DNA of 64,000 bases from Klebsormidium nitens (taxonomy: Eukaryota; Plantae; Klebsormidiophyceae): assembly GCA_000708835.1 (NCBI GenBank), contig DF237077.1, positions 117,605 to 181,604 on the forward strand. The letters run 5' to 3'. Of the stretch, positions 1 through 14,253 are shown in pieces (positions within the stretch are counted from its first letter, which is position 1; each line of letters opens with the position of its first letter). The notes beneath the pieces are model-generated. The model was not told where the DNA came from, searched no databases, and saw nothing but the letters and a program-made list of their open reading frames with translations. Position numbers and translations under genes: made by a program.

Positions 1-2857
1 CCGGTGACGAGCAGCTCGTGGAAGCCGGGCGGTAACCGCAGCCGGAGGTTCGACAGCAACACCTGCGCAGAACGAACGAAGGCTGTATTTCACCTTCTGA
101 TTTGACTCTTTGTCTAAGCCTCGTGTTTTAACCTTCTGATATATGCTTGTTGTGAGTTATCACAAGCGCCGCGGTTTGGTCGCATGCGAGATCATGTTTG
201 GAGTAAGTACGTGGGCAGTTCAGGTGGTCGTATGAAACGCCCCATAGCGACCTCACCATGCCGTCTCGACTAGTTGATAAACCTCCGAATCTGATGAATC
301 TCTCTGAGATTCACTATAGGCGTTGAAAAAGCAAGAACATGTATACGCTTCGCACCTGCGCCCACCCCAACCGTCACCATTATCTTTCACTAAACCGATT
401 GGAGTAGCCTCGATTTAAACCTCGGGTCGACAGGACAGCACGGGGCAGTCAAACGCGCGTGGCCTGTGATAGCATCTCCCTCCGGTTTGCGAAGCACGCA
501 CCTTGGCAGCGGGCATGATGACGGGCTCTCTTATCGTCGAGAACGCGTCTTTGAGCGCGCGCGTCGGCTTGCCGTTTGCTCCCACGCGCAGGATGCCCGG
601 TACAAGCTCCCGATCTGTCACGAGCTCGTTCTCTCGCAGCAGCGACATAGCCGGGGCGATTTTGTCGTACCGGGACAAATCGTAGGCGAGGACGCAACCG
701 GGAATCTGCTCCGGGGGGGCCACGTGGGGTAGATCCCGCAGCATGAGATACCTGGCGGAAAGTGTTTTGTGGGTTCACTTTTTTGGTTTCATTACCTACT
801 TCTAAGGGATCTTTTGTGTACTTACTTCTCAGGAATCTTTTGTGAAATTGGATGACTGCTGAGAAGTACCTATGACGCTCTGAATGCGTCTGCCTACTTC
901 GTCTTTCTGAGTAAAGGATTCCGTTTTCTGCTAACGAAAGCGGTCATTGAAGAAGTATCTCAAGGCCAGCTACCTAGACAGACGGGAAATAGGACTAGTG
1001 GCACCAGGATCCAACAGTTTGTTATGGCGGCTAGATTCTTATTATGCCGTTCGAAGGGCCAACATCAGGGCAACGAGATTGGGCATACAAATCTTTCAGA
1101 AAGAACCGTATGAGGAAACGTTTCCACCATGTAACTCTTACCGCGGCGTGCCAGACTTGACCCATGCTAGTTGCACTTCGGCCCCCTCACGTGCCAGGCC
1201 AAAAGCGGGGAGCAGTGATGCGGGCGGAGTGGGCCGCGCTTCCGAGGCGAGGGAAATGGTGGACCAGCCGAGGCCGTACTCCGCAAGCACAACCCCGTGG
1301 ATATTCTTCTCTGGAAGAAGTTTGGTTTACAGTCAGGGGACTCAACTGTGACCTAAGCACTTTATCGCACTTTCAACGAACTTGGCTTGACCCACTTCAA
1401 TCTGTATGTTCGTAAAACGTGAGCCGTCCAGAGAGGCCCTAAGGTCTGCGACCAGGTTTGACGGGATGAGCATTAACCAGTGCACTGTCTGCGTCGCGAA
1501 TGGCTCCTTTGTCTCTGAATCTGACGATTGAAGCGACCCAGTGAAACGACCCATCAACGCCCATTTCTGTCATAGATACAGGTGGTTGCATTCACAAGAA
1601 AACCGGAGAAGGTCGGGCAGTAGACGATTACAAGGACAGGCTCAGACAGAGGGATGATGCAACCCGATAGTCCGTGGATTGATAAGACTCGTCTGCTGCA
1701 GTCGACAAGCTCCTCTGAAACTTGTGCAGAATAGCCGTCCTCATATTTGTAACATGATGTTTGTCGAAACTAACATTGGCTTTACCACTAAAATGCAGTT
1801 CAGGGCTACAACGACTCACCGACGGCGACCAGTTCGACTACCAGGACACTTTTAGGGTCCACCACTCTGGTGTGGAAGAACACGTCCTGTTCCAAGCGAC
1901 AGCTGCTCACCGCCCCACCGCGGACATCCGGGGGGGCCGCCACCCAGGGCCGGGAGACCCCCTGGCACGTGTTGCCAAAGAAAGCGCCGGAGGTCTCGTC
2001 GAAGAGGCTGACGCCGACGCGGCACTCAAAGATGGAGCGGTTGTTCTGCAGGGTAAAGAGCGTCGTTAGGCTGGTAGAATTACCTCTGCTAAACTGTTTG
2101 ACTTTCTTTTCTTTTGGATTGAAGGAGGTTGGTTTAAGTGAGAGAAAGATTTGGTAATCTTGCGGACTGCATCTTCAATCTATTTGGAGATAGAAATGCA
2201 TGGTGCTTCCAAAGCTTCTGCAATGCTATCAAAAGTGGTAAAAGCTTGGTGAGAGTGCCATCCTAGGCACAACGCTGTCGACCACCGGAGGAACAGATAT
2301 AGCATTGCAAGCCAGCGTGATTAACCAAAACGTAAGAATGAAAAGCCAAACCAACGGGATCTTTTAGAGAAGTCGGAATGCTTCTCCTAATGGATTGGCA
2401 TGGGTAATGTCGCTTCAAATCTTGGACTCACGTCGGGTGGTGTCAGCCCCGACATCCATAACAGCGTGAGCTTATACGGAATGCTGTCTGCGCCCATCTT
2501 GGGAGGCCAGTCCCGAGCAATCTGCAATACCCGCCCCTTTTGTTCCTGCATCCTCCCAATCCATGCCACCACAGAACTTTCTGAGGTGCCTGTAGAGGCA
2601 GGAATCTGCCCCATCAATGGCCCAACCAGCTCGTTTATCGCAACACCCCTCCCCCTTTCCTCTTTGGCAGCTCCCGTTGAGTGTTCATCTCGAGCTTGTT
2701 CGTTGGTAAATTTACTGGCAGGTAAATTGCTGGCAGAACTGGGGGTGTTCTCTTCTTCGTCCTCTGAGCTAGGATCGGAGCTGCGGCCAGAGCTGCTACG
2801 CTCCGAGTCTGAATGCTCGTACCTGATATCCTCCTCCATGACCTCGTCGTTCTCCAT
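1..2857 (-). CDS. NPHP4: Nephrocystin-4-like ciliary transition-zone protein, 5' part (multi-exon, runs off the left edge)
   Basis: ATG at 2857. An exon at ~1830-2045 (ctaac...ctgcag acceptor, gtgag donor) encodes VSLFDETSGAFFGNTC...QDVFFHTRVVDPKSVLVVELVAV. Later exons give KSGTPR and CVLAYDLSRY...AMSLLRENELV...ELVPGI. These segments match, in order, the N-terminal C2 region of NPHP4 as I recall it. Confidence 0.8.
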
Positions 2858-3702
2858 TTATAAACAAGAGCTAAACACACTACATATCTAGTCTCCCACG
2901 TTTGCTGGTTTCAACAGAGGCACCGTCTTTCACTAGACTGCTGCGTCCTGCAGAGCTTCAAGGGGGAAACCAAATCAGGGAGCTCGCAAGCCCTTCCATC
3001 AAAAAGCCTAAATCAAAGGCCCAGGGCAAGGGAACCAGTGGTGGTGGTAATAGTAAATACCACCACACACAGATCTCCCGCCTGGGTCTGCACTGATACT
3101 GTCTAGTGAAGAGCAGATAAGGTGTCTTCATTCATCGATGTATTACAGCTACATATTAGGAATCACTGCAAAATTCGTCAAATGGTGGGACAAAATAACT
3201 ACTGTACAATGTACACAGTATCTTCTTCAGACTTCATGTGCTCGCTTCCAGCACTGTGATCGAACGAAGCTGAGCGTCCAAGCACGACTCGATTTGAATC
3301 TGAATGACGCTTTCACGCACATTAGTTTCTGGACATCCTATCAGGCTCATGCCCGAAACCTAATTAAACTTAGAGAAGGGGAAATGCTCGCGCACAGCCT
3401 CATGCTGAAGGCGTGGTGTACTTTAAAGCGTACGATCTCGATCGGACGGCGCGACGGTTCTCTGAGGCCGGGCCCGGAGGGGGAGTGAGTCCGTTACCGC
3501 CCTGTGTTGGACATCGTGTGCTGGACATCGTGTGAGCGTTGAGAGAAGCTTCGCGGCTCAGGCTTTCACATTCTGTACAGCTCTGCATTTCCACGTCATA
3601 TATTGCACGCAGCCAGGGGTTGCTTGATCGCCATTCCAATTTCTTTTTGACAACCTCTCGGTATCTTCAGCCTTTGGTTGCTGTTCACGTTGAGCTCATG
3701 CG

Positions 3703-6700
3703 GTGATGGACATCCCGTGGGTCCGGCAGCGGTCCCTGCAGTTGAGCCCCACAAAATGTTTCCGGTCTTCCACTCTGCTTGGGCGTGAGACTGTTTGTGG
3801 GAAGCTGCGCCGCCTTTCCGGGGCCAAGAAGCCTGGCGTGAAGGGGGAGGGTAGAAAATGTCTGTCAAAGGACTTGGGTGTGTCCACCAGCCTTTTCATG
3901 GGAGAGCGTACAAAGTTTCTGGCAAGCCCTCCCCAGAAATCATGCTCGGGCCGGTGTGCTTTTGGTACAGTAAATGCTGCGTATGGCACTCCTCTGGGGG
4001 CGCCGCAGAGGAGGCGAGTGTCTGTTGTTACAAGAGCGCGCACACAGCCGATGCCGCAGGGGACGTACGTGCAAAATTCGCGATTCAGAAAGCCAAATCG
4101 AGTGCCGAGCAATTCAGAGTACTTGGACGATGAGGGCTGGGGCACTGAAGGGGGCCCAGAGGACTTTCTGGCGGGAGAGAGTGAGGCGGAAGTCGCATCG
4201 GATGTGGATAGTCAGGCTGAGACAAGTGGCCGCGCTGATGATGATAATGGTGGGCCTTTGAGGAAATTGCATAGGGAGTTGAGCCTGGACAGTTTAGCAG
4301 ATGAAGGCGAGGACAGAGAAGGAGATTATCAGTCCGATTTGGGGAGCTCGCCGGAGCGTCCCAGGCGGACCTACACCGAGCTGCAGCCGAATGGCCAGGC
4401 GGCCCCGTCTGCTTCTCAAGCGCATTCGGTGGTTCTTCCCCAGCGGCCCCGGAGAGTGTACCGGGAGATAACGCCGCACGGGCAGTTCAAGGACGAGGCA
4501 GAAGCGGAGCACAGGCAGAAAATGGCTGCAGCGGGGAAGGTGCCGGGGGTGGCCTTTGGGATCAAAACGCCAGTCACCGATGGTCCCATCGCTAGGCAGC
4601 TGGGTCTTGTCAAGGAAGAAGTTGGGGCTTTGGATGCGGAGGGAGTGGAAGAGGAGGATGAAGAGTATCAGGGGAAGCGCGTAGTGGTGGAGCGGGTGCC
4701 AGGGGCGAGGAGAAAAGCGGCGGAAGAGGAGGCGCTGCCACCAAAAGCCCAGACTAAGGAGGAGTTTGACAGGTGAGGCACCAGGATGTGTTTGGCTGCT
4801 CGTTGTAGGGGTCGATTGTGGGTTGATTGACTGGCTTGCGCTGTTACGCAGCGCTTGCAGCAGACTAGCCCCCGACCACTCCGTCCATCGCATGCCAACT
4901 ATGGACACCCCTCTTTAGCGAAGTGGTTAGAAGCAAGACGGATATGGTGCCAAGCAGACCTTCGGCAGTAGGGTTCTCAATCTCAATGAGGCCGCGGCAA
5001 TTAGAATAGGCCCAGCAATGGTCAGCATCATTTGGCCGCCACCACAGCCTGCTCAATTGCTACAAAGGGAGTGTTGGTTGCTTCTGCGAGCTTGTCTGTA
5101 AGCCAGTGAAGCAGGATGCAAGCTTTGGCTGTCGTAAACGTGTGGTTGACACCACCAAGGAGCGTCAAGAAGGAGCGTCAAGGGGGCACTCCTTCCAGGG
5201 ATTAGAAGTCAGCAGCTTTATGTGACGCGGTAAATAATAGTGCCAGCCACATGAAGCAGCAGTTTTGTGGCGAACTATATGAGGAATTGCTAACACGGCA
5301 GGGGGGGCACATTCTATACTGCTGGAAGAATGTGGCCCCTTGCTTGCTGGTTGTTCAGAGTGTATGTGAACGTTTGGCATGTCCAGGCAGATGCTTCATG
5401 CAGATCCTGCGTCCAAGTGAACAGTATGAAGTAGATTGTCAGATTATGAAGATAGAGAAACAAAGCACTCTGATTTTTCCAGGCTGTATGAAGAGTACCT
5501 TCAGAGAGAGGAGGAGAAGCGCATAGAGGCGAAACGGCAGAAGGCCATCTTTGAGGTGGAGCGGAAGGAGCGTGTGCGGCTGATTGAGGAAGAGCGGGTG
5601 AAGCGGAAAGCGGAGCTTGCGAGCATGGGGATTGTGGAGAACAAACAGTTTGAGATTCCGTCAGAGACGATAGAAAGGATCCAGCGGCTCAAGGGGAAGG
5701 AGAAGCGGGAGGCCTGGGTGGCGGCCTGGAGGCGGGTGAGACTCTCGGTTCTTCAAACCTGGGCTTCAATCTATCGAACAGAATCTGATTGCTAAAATGC
5801 CCTGTCATTGTATGCTGTCAGTAAAGTGCATGTGATGCTTTTGTTTTCGATTGTGAAGTTGATGTAGTCCTAGAGGTTTGACGCGCAAACAGCCTTCCAT
5901 TGTTGCTACAAGGTGCATGTATAGCAGCGAGCGCTCTAGGTGCTTCCACTGCTGGGAGACGACGAAGCCTTGGTGTTGGATGACGGAGTTATGTGGCTGT
6001 GGTTGCTCAACCCTCTCCAAAAGCTGGTCCTTTGAAGGAGAGCTGGACTGCTACAGTTTTGCAAGCTTCACATGCCCGTTGGTCAGCTTTTGAGAATGTG
6101 AGGCTAGGCATCGCTGTTCACCCTTTCTACTTCTGCCTTTTGTAGCGAATTGCTGACCATCATTGCTTCTGCAGGTTCGAAAGCAGGAGACGAGGGAGAA
6201 GAACAAAGTGCGGCAAAGCAAGGCTGCGCTTCAGAAAGAGGCTGAGGTAAGATTGTTCACCCTCCCAGGTTGGACGGTCAAACTGTGCGCATTTGTAAGA
6301 GAGAGCTGTACGTTTTGTCCCTGGATCTTCGCATACAGGAGGTTGGTCGACAATCCCCCTACTAAGTGACAACTGGAGGTAACCAAGATTGAAAGGCAGG
6401 TCTTGTCTCTTGTGCACGTATTCGCTGCATCAGTTCCTGCCTTCAATCCTCTACTGTTTCTGTACTCAAGCATCCGAAAGTAGTTTTCTTCTGTTCTTTC
6501 CCAGAAACGTCAGCAGTCAGAATCACGTCACATGAAACGCTTGCCACTCATTCTTCTCGTTGTTTTCCAGGAGTACCTGCATCTGGCGATGCAGAAGCTG
6601 ATTGGGGGTGACATCACGCGGGTGCGCGGCCGCACCGCGATGGATATTATTGCCAACACGATGGCGGGGCGCCTGGGGGACGGTCTGCCGGAGCAGCAAA

Positions 6701-6747
6701 AGAACCTGCTGGAGGAGATCCCGCCGATGCCCGTCAACTACAAGTAG
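3703..6747 (+). CDS. Hypothetical multi-exon protein with acidic low-complexity and coiled-coil regions; possible plastid transit peptide
   Basis: Long first exon ends at 4771 (gacag|gtgag). Further exons at ~5482-5735, ~6175-6246 and ~6570-6747 have canonical splice sites. The N-terminus is S/R-rich and ends in RRVSVVTRA. No family recognised. Confidence 0.55.
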
Positions 6748-7464
6748 GCTACGCCGGACCCTTGGCCTACAGAAGCAATTTACAGCAGGTCGAAAAGAAT
6801 CAGATCACAATGGAAAAGATAAAGTGCAAGAGCAAAGCTGGTCTGAGAGGGTTCACCTTCTAAGCTTGTTGGAACAACCAAGTGCTGTGCAACTGATATT
6901 TAGGTACTGCAGAGCAAAGTTGCTTAAGAGGGGCGGCTCTCAAGCTACGTAGGGGTTTGACAGACTTAGGAGGGTCTTTTAAGAAGTTTTCCACAGACTC
7001 TTCCTCTCACTATAGCAGCGATGGAAAGACCACTCTTCTGACTAGATTTTGTTGAGACTTGTGACAAATGTGTAAATTCTTCGCACCTACAGAGGTTGTG
7101 GTGCGGGTGTCGTTGCCAAGTCTTGCATCTCTTCCGGAAGTTGTAAGGACGTGGGCCTAAAATTGAAATCTAAAAGGGTTGGAATGCGGCATGCAGCGCT
7201 AGTCTTGTCCCGCCGTGTCAGTACTCCCAGGCCCTCTGCAGAAGTGGCAGGTTTAGCGGAAGCAATCCCTTAAAGGCATTTCTGGTCGCTTAAGGCCTAA
7301 TCGGTGGGAGAGAGCCGTTACTTCTCTCGACCTGTCAGGCGATTGTCCCCTTGGCTGGAAGGAACAATTCGGCTTTCATACACCACGGCAGCTATTCTGC
7401 TTATAATAAGTCAGTGACTAGGTGCTTTAGAGAGATTCATTAGCTGGCACCTATTTCTGTGCAG

Positions 7465-10263
7465 GACCGTGGAAGAGAAGGCGCAGCGCATCTTCACCTC
7501 GACCTACATCGAGCAGTTTCGTCCAGAGGCCAACGACGGGCAGGGCATCAAAACGGTAGTCTCTCCCTTCCGGGAAGCAGATCCGACGCTAGCACAGGAA
7601 AAGGGCCTGCCGAGCTTGAATCTAGAGAGTGCTCCTCCCGCCACAGAAGCGGGGCTGTTTGGTAGGGGGGTGGATCTAGAGGTGGAGAGTGAAGTAGAGG
7701 CGAGGATCAGCGCGGATTTGGCGAGGCTCGAGCGGGAAGCGCAGATGGAGCTTCAGGGGGGTGCAGGAAGCAGCGAGTTCGAGGGGGGGGTGGCGGAGTT
7801 GAACCGAGGTTTGGTGTCGGGTAGGGGGGACTCACAAGTCGGTAATTCAGAGGCCCAGGCGGCTGCTGACGTCGGAGGGGAGAGCGTATCATACGAGGGG
7901 ACGGCAAACGGTGCACGAGGCTCGGAACCGCGGAAGCGCTATACTCATGATGATGACGATGATCCGGACGAGAGGAAAGACGGTGCGAGGAAAGCCAGCA
8001 GCGCAGGCGCTGACGACAGCGACCCCGACAGTGACGATGACGACATCAAGAAGATTGGGGAGGAGCTGTTCCCCGACTTCGACGAGGAGGAGCTGACGTC
8101 AGCATCGCACAGGGGGGCGTCAGCGGAGTCCGACGGACGGGACCCGGACGATATGCAAACAATCGGGGAGGATTTGTTCCCGGATTATGAACCAGAGATT
8201 AACCCCAACGTGGACCTCAGCGAGATGGGCCGCTTGCTGGGGCGGAGAATTGCTGACGTGGCAGGTTACCAGCAGGCCCCGGGGGTGCCACGGCTGCACG
8301 ACAGCATGCAGGAGGCGAAGGACCTCAACCGGTTTCTGCAGGTGAGAACTGGGAATCAAACTTCAGGGCGATGCTTTCAACTGTTTGCGAAGTCATCCGC
8401 AATTTGAAAAGCCGTGTAGGGTCTTTGAAAGAGGAGACTCGGGCTCGCCAACCCGGAAACTGGCGACAACAAACGCAGTGAGTCAGGAGAGATGCAAGAG
8501 CTTCAAAAACTGCAGGGCGTCTGCAAAGCGGCTCATCTGCGTGGTACGTCACGGCACGATAACAATCTCGCAAATTCTGCTGCAATTGCTCTCCGTCACC
8601 CCATACGAGCCGTTCGTCTCTCTTCGCGCAGGCCCTGTTGCGCAATATGTACACCCCGAAGGCGCGAATCCACAAGGCGTCTCCCGATCAGGGGTCTCCG
8701 TGTCTCTCAGCGTTGCTTCGACAAGCACCCTTCTTTTCGCCAAAGCTATTGAAGCTTTCTCCTTTCTGCAGGCCCAGTCGTTCAAGCGTTACGCAATTGA
8801 GGTGCGCGTCTGCAAGGCTTGCTCCTCAGGGGCCAATTCGCGTTAAGAAGTTGCCGAAAGTTACTCTTGCTTTAGCGAGGCTTACGAGACTTTCGTCCCT
8901 CTTCGCAGGCCCTGTCGTTCAAGACATACGCTATTGAAGCGCGCATTCGAAAGGCGTCCTCCGAACAGGCTATCCGCGTGTCCCGGAGACGCTACACCGA
9001 AAAAGCGGAGGCCGACGAGCAGCGGCGGCGGCAGCTCATGGCGCGCGGCGGGGGCGACTTCTGGGAGGCCGCCGGGAAGTACCCGGCCGGGCCTAAGGGA
9101 GAAACTTTTGCCAAAGGTGGGCTTTCACGCTTCCTTCCACTTTTTCCGCACTTCTCTCTGCGGTTCGTTACAGTATTTTTTTGGCCTCTGTCTTCGCCGT
9201 TCTTTGTTAGTGCTATACAGTCCCCTGCCGAGTTCAAGCGGGAATTTCCGGCAAGATCAACTTCCGCTCGTGCTGTATCCTTTTCAGTTCTCTTCTTGTG
9301 CTCGGGTCTTGCAATGGGTCGTTGTGTTTTTTAAGTCAAATCATTTTCCGATCCGTTGATTTTTGATCTTTTGCGCTGAGGAGACACCGGGCAGGACCTT
9401 AGGGAGAGACCATCGTTGGCAGTACTTTCGCAGGACTCGTGAAACGAACAGGGTGAAATTTCCGAGTTAATCGCAGTTCTGCTTTATTGCCAAGCCCTCA
9501 AGACAGCCTGACCAATTCACGATTCCTGAGCTGCTCGCTTGGCAAACAGCAACACTTTGTATGTCAACGGAGCGGCTCTTGACGTTGCACTTGCTCTTTT
9601 GCAGCTTATCAAAAGGCCCGTCAAGCCAAGGTTCCGGTCGGCGCTCTGCAATCTGCACGGACAGAAGAAAGCTCTGCGGAGCCGGCTAGTGTCTCTCCAC
9701 AGGTGAGACTTCTGCTTGGGCTATGTTTGAGATTTGTTGAAAGGTCAATCCAGCGTTTGCCAGATATAACTTGCAAAGCAATGCGAGATTATGCACTGTC
9801 TTGGCTGAATTTTTGAATCGGTTAGCAGCACAGACCAGAACGTCAGGTTTTCGTTGATCTGAAACGGGTTGCTCGCTTTCAGAACATCGTTACATTTCTA
9901 CCACCGGTTTTCTTGAAGCGCTTTGGGAGCAGTCAGATCTCGATTGAGGCTTTCGTCTATGTTGAAGGAATGGTTTGCTTGTTACCGGAACCTCGTTACA
10001 TTCCTACCAACGGTTTTCTTGGGAGCGGCTTGGGAGCTTAAGCGGACTCGCATCGTGAAGCAGAGTCTGTTCATTTCTCTGTGCAGCTCGCCCCTGTGGA
10101 GAACTTCCAAGTGCCCCCCGGTCGTACGGTGGTTAAGGCCGGGGCCAACGAGTGCCTGCAGTGCGAAGGGGTCAACAAAGATGGCAGTCAATGCGTCCGC
10201 TTGGTCACGCTCAAGGACATTGCCAAGTACGGAGGACGGATCATGTGCTGGCAGCATCGGTAG
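7465..10263 (+). CDS. Hypothetical acidic protein with a C-terminal C-x4-K-x-G-x2-C...C-x2-H putative zinc-binding motif (5' exon unresolved)
   Basis: Phase-compatible exons at 7465-8341, 8909-~9116, ~9665-9701 and ~10088-10263 join to end in QCEGVNKDGSQCVRLVTLKDIAKYGGRIMCWQHR*. Confidence 0.55.
8598..8990 (+). repeat. Degenerate ~138-bp tandem triplication spanning a 3' splice site and exon start
   Basis: Three units begin after gcag at 8631, 8771 and 8908: gccctgttgcgcaatatgtac..., gcccagtcgttcaagcgttacgcaattgag... and gccctgtcgttcaagacatacgctattgaag.... Confidence 0.7.
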
Positions 10264-11207
10264 TGTAGTCGAGTTGAGTAGGGAGGTTATCCTTGACTTG
10301 TATTACGAGCTCATAGAATTTGAAAACCGAGTCTGCAAACAATGCTGCAAAATGCTTGCGAATCCATGACGAAGTTCTTTTGGTCGGTCAACTTTATGTC
10401 AGCCATTGTGCACTCTGCCTGGGGTGCAGGCCTACATACTAGGTCATGTTGTGTACACTTTATCGATGAAATGTCAAGCTGGATAATATGGATGGCCTGG
10501 GTGCCAGTCACAGTACAACATACCATGTCGCATCATGTGCATTGACGATCATTGGTTTGCGGAATTCTAGAGCTGTGTGTAGTTCTTGCCGCGGCGGGGC
10601 CCTGGGCCCGTTGTATTCAATTGTCACGAGCTAGCTTATAGCTTAATATCGAAAGGAAGAATGAATTCAGTAGACCGCTGCATCGATACACCTATGCAGA
10701 ATCGATGTATGACTTCGTAAGCTGGACCTCCGGCGATGTAAGAGCGCCGGGCTGTATCTGGTCTTCAACTCCTGCTTGGCATACAGCGATCACAATGCAT
10801 GCAATGCTGCTCTAGTCTCTTGTAATGCCCGCAGCCTGGCACCTTACTTGCGTGGTCGATAAGGTTCAAATGCTGGGCCACTGAATGGAAGTTGGATTGA
10901 TAGAGTTTGTTGGCCCATTGGCTCATGTCCTAACCGCCAGATGAATGTCGTAACGAATGGTGGCGGCCTGACTCATTTGCATGCGTTTCCATCAAAATGG
11001 AACTTCCAAGAGTGTTGCGTATTTGAGCCCTGAAGGGTTCTTTCACAAGTCTGAACTTATTGGATGTTTCCACTAAGATTTACAGCTGCAAGGAAGTTCT
11101 TGAAGCCTAACTACAAAGACGTGTATACATTTATTGACCCAGGTGTATGCATTGCAACTATGTAATGTTCCATATGTATATGACGAGCTCACACCACATT
11201 AAGTTAC

Positions 11208-12411
<1,204 letters not shown>

Positions 12412-14253
12412 CTACAGGGCGGAGCTTATGCAGATTCCAACAATTGACGGGAGTTCGCTGGCTTATCACTTGACGCCCTAGCTTGCTAATAAATGCCAAT
12501 GCCAATGGCGGCCTCCCTTTGCAAGCTGCAAAATTCGATTGTTAGAAAAATTTTTATGGATACACCCTTTGGGCTGTAAAATCTGAGATTAATAGTTATA
12601 TTTGGATCTGGATCGTCCGATCCTGGTGACGTCAGATTACAGGAGCAGTCATTCGTCGATTTGCCTGTCCTTGCAGATTTATTTGGAGGTTTGAAAAACG
12701 CAAGGATGGGTATACACGAATCAGGAGGATTTGTGGCTGTACATGAGAAACAATAGACCGCAAGATTTGCACTCCGCGCGTGAATATATGAATACAATTT
12801 TGTGTACCCATATACTATGGTGATTAGGGTGCCAGAATACCGGAGCGAGCTGTTCAGATCTGGGACAAATTATCGATTTGAAATCGACCGTCTTTTACGG
12901 TGCTAATGATTGGCAAGTCTCGTACACCCCCACTGTGTACAAGGCTCAAGCTGTACCTTGTGCCTTCCTCCAAGCAGAAGTGCGGTTGTTGATGAGACCT
13001 CTACCGAAATTCTCGCACGCGCAACGCATGACCCAGGTTTCACGATTTTTTCACGGTCCCTAGTTCATGTATTATAATATGACTAGCTGCGCGCAGGCGA
13101 AACCCGGAACTTGAAGGGCCGCGGCCCCCGCGGCCGCGCAGCGTACAAGCGCTCAGGCTTAACTTGAATATGCCAACATTCGCGCGCTACTCGCGCATAC
13201 CTCTGTTACGATGCCACGGGGCAGCTTTTTGCTGCTGCCAACTGGCCGGGGCCCCCATTCAAAGACTGTCCAGCTAGAGCTTGCACGGCCTTCTTCCCCC
13301 CTTCTTTGTCACATAGAACTTGAAGCGCACTGTCTTCTTCCTCAGGTGGGACAGGTCTCCATGCCTTCTCTCTGCGGTGCTGCTGCCGTGCAATCCTGGC
13401 GGTCTTACCTGGCTGCTCGCAGCTTGCAACACGGCACCAATTGCAGACAGCTTGCCAAGTGCTGCAGCAGCTTAGAAAACGCTCTCGCTCGCAGCAGCAT
13501 CGTGGGCAAGCAGGCAGTAGCTGACTTTCAGCCCCGACTGATTAACGAGCTAGTTACAGGGCCAGCAAGTAGCTACTTTTCTAGGAGCCTGTTGTCAGAT
13601 TGGAAGCAGCCTGCAGTAGGGCCCTATCATTTAAGTACAGCTGGTCCTAATCTAGTCCCTCCAGGTGTGTTGCTCAATCTCAGAGGTTCTTTACGCGACA
13701 GTGGGAGGCGAAGCAGGGAGTACACGACAGCAATGCCAAGCGATGCTCAGGTACTCATCTGTGGACTCAAACAACTGGATACCGGTATGGCGGTGTTCAT
13801 TCTTGATGGTGCCAGCACGCACGTAGATCTCAGGGAAGACGTGCGGGTGTACTCTAACCTTGGTCAAGTGATGTATTTGCCAAAATATCTCTGTGTGTTA
13901 TGCCTCAACGGTGGTGTAAGTTGCCTACAAGCAATGGTGTAGATTGCCCCGCAACAGTGATGGTGGTGGTGCATTCACATCCCATCACTACACAGCAATT
14001 CTGACCGTTCTTGCTCGCATACTTCTTGTAAGTGCATTGCTACTCATGACGAGGTGGCAAAAGGCCCAACAACCAAGTTCCTAACTGTGTTTTGGAGTCC
14101 CAATCGCCTCATGACTGGGCTTTCCTTCAGCCCCACCGCTATGCAAGATTTGATCGAAAGGAGAGGGTCTTGTCAGAGAAGAGATGCTTCTGCACCACCG
14201 TTCCGTACAACGCATGAAGTCGGGCCTTGACATCCCATTGTCCTCTTGTGCAG

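Noticed and set aside
4294-4908. 204-aa - strand ORF
   Set aside because: Antisense to the acidic exon of the 3703-6747 gene, with no independent signal.
9874-10035. ~60-bp degenerate direct repeat in an intron
   Set aside because: Two diverged copies with no coding or structural consequence visible.
13211-13942. 243-aa ORF upstream of MDP1
   Set aside because: No recognisable domain. Its first 45 codons could be an MDP1 5' exon (cag|gtggga at ~13345), but I cannot support this or a transposase call.
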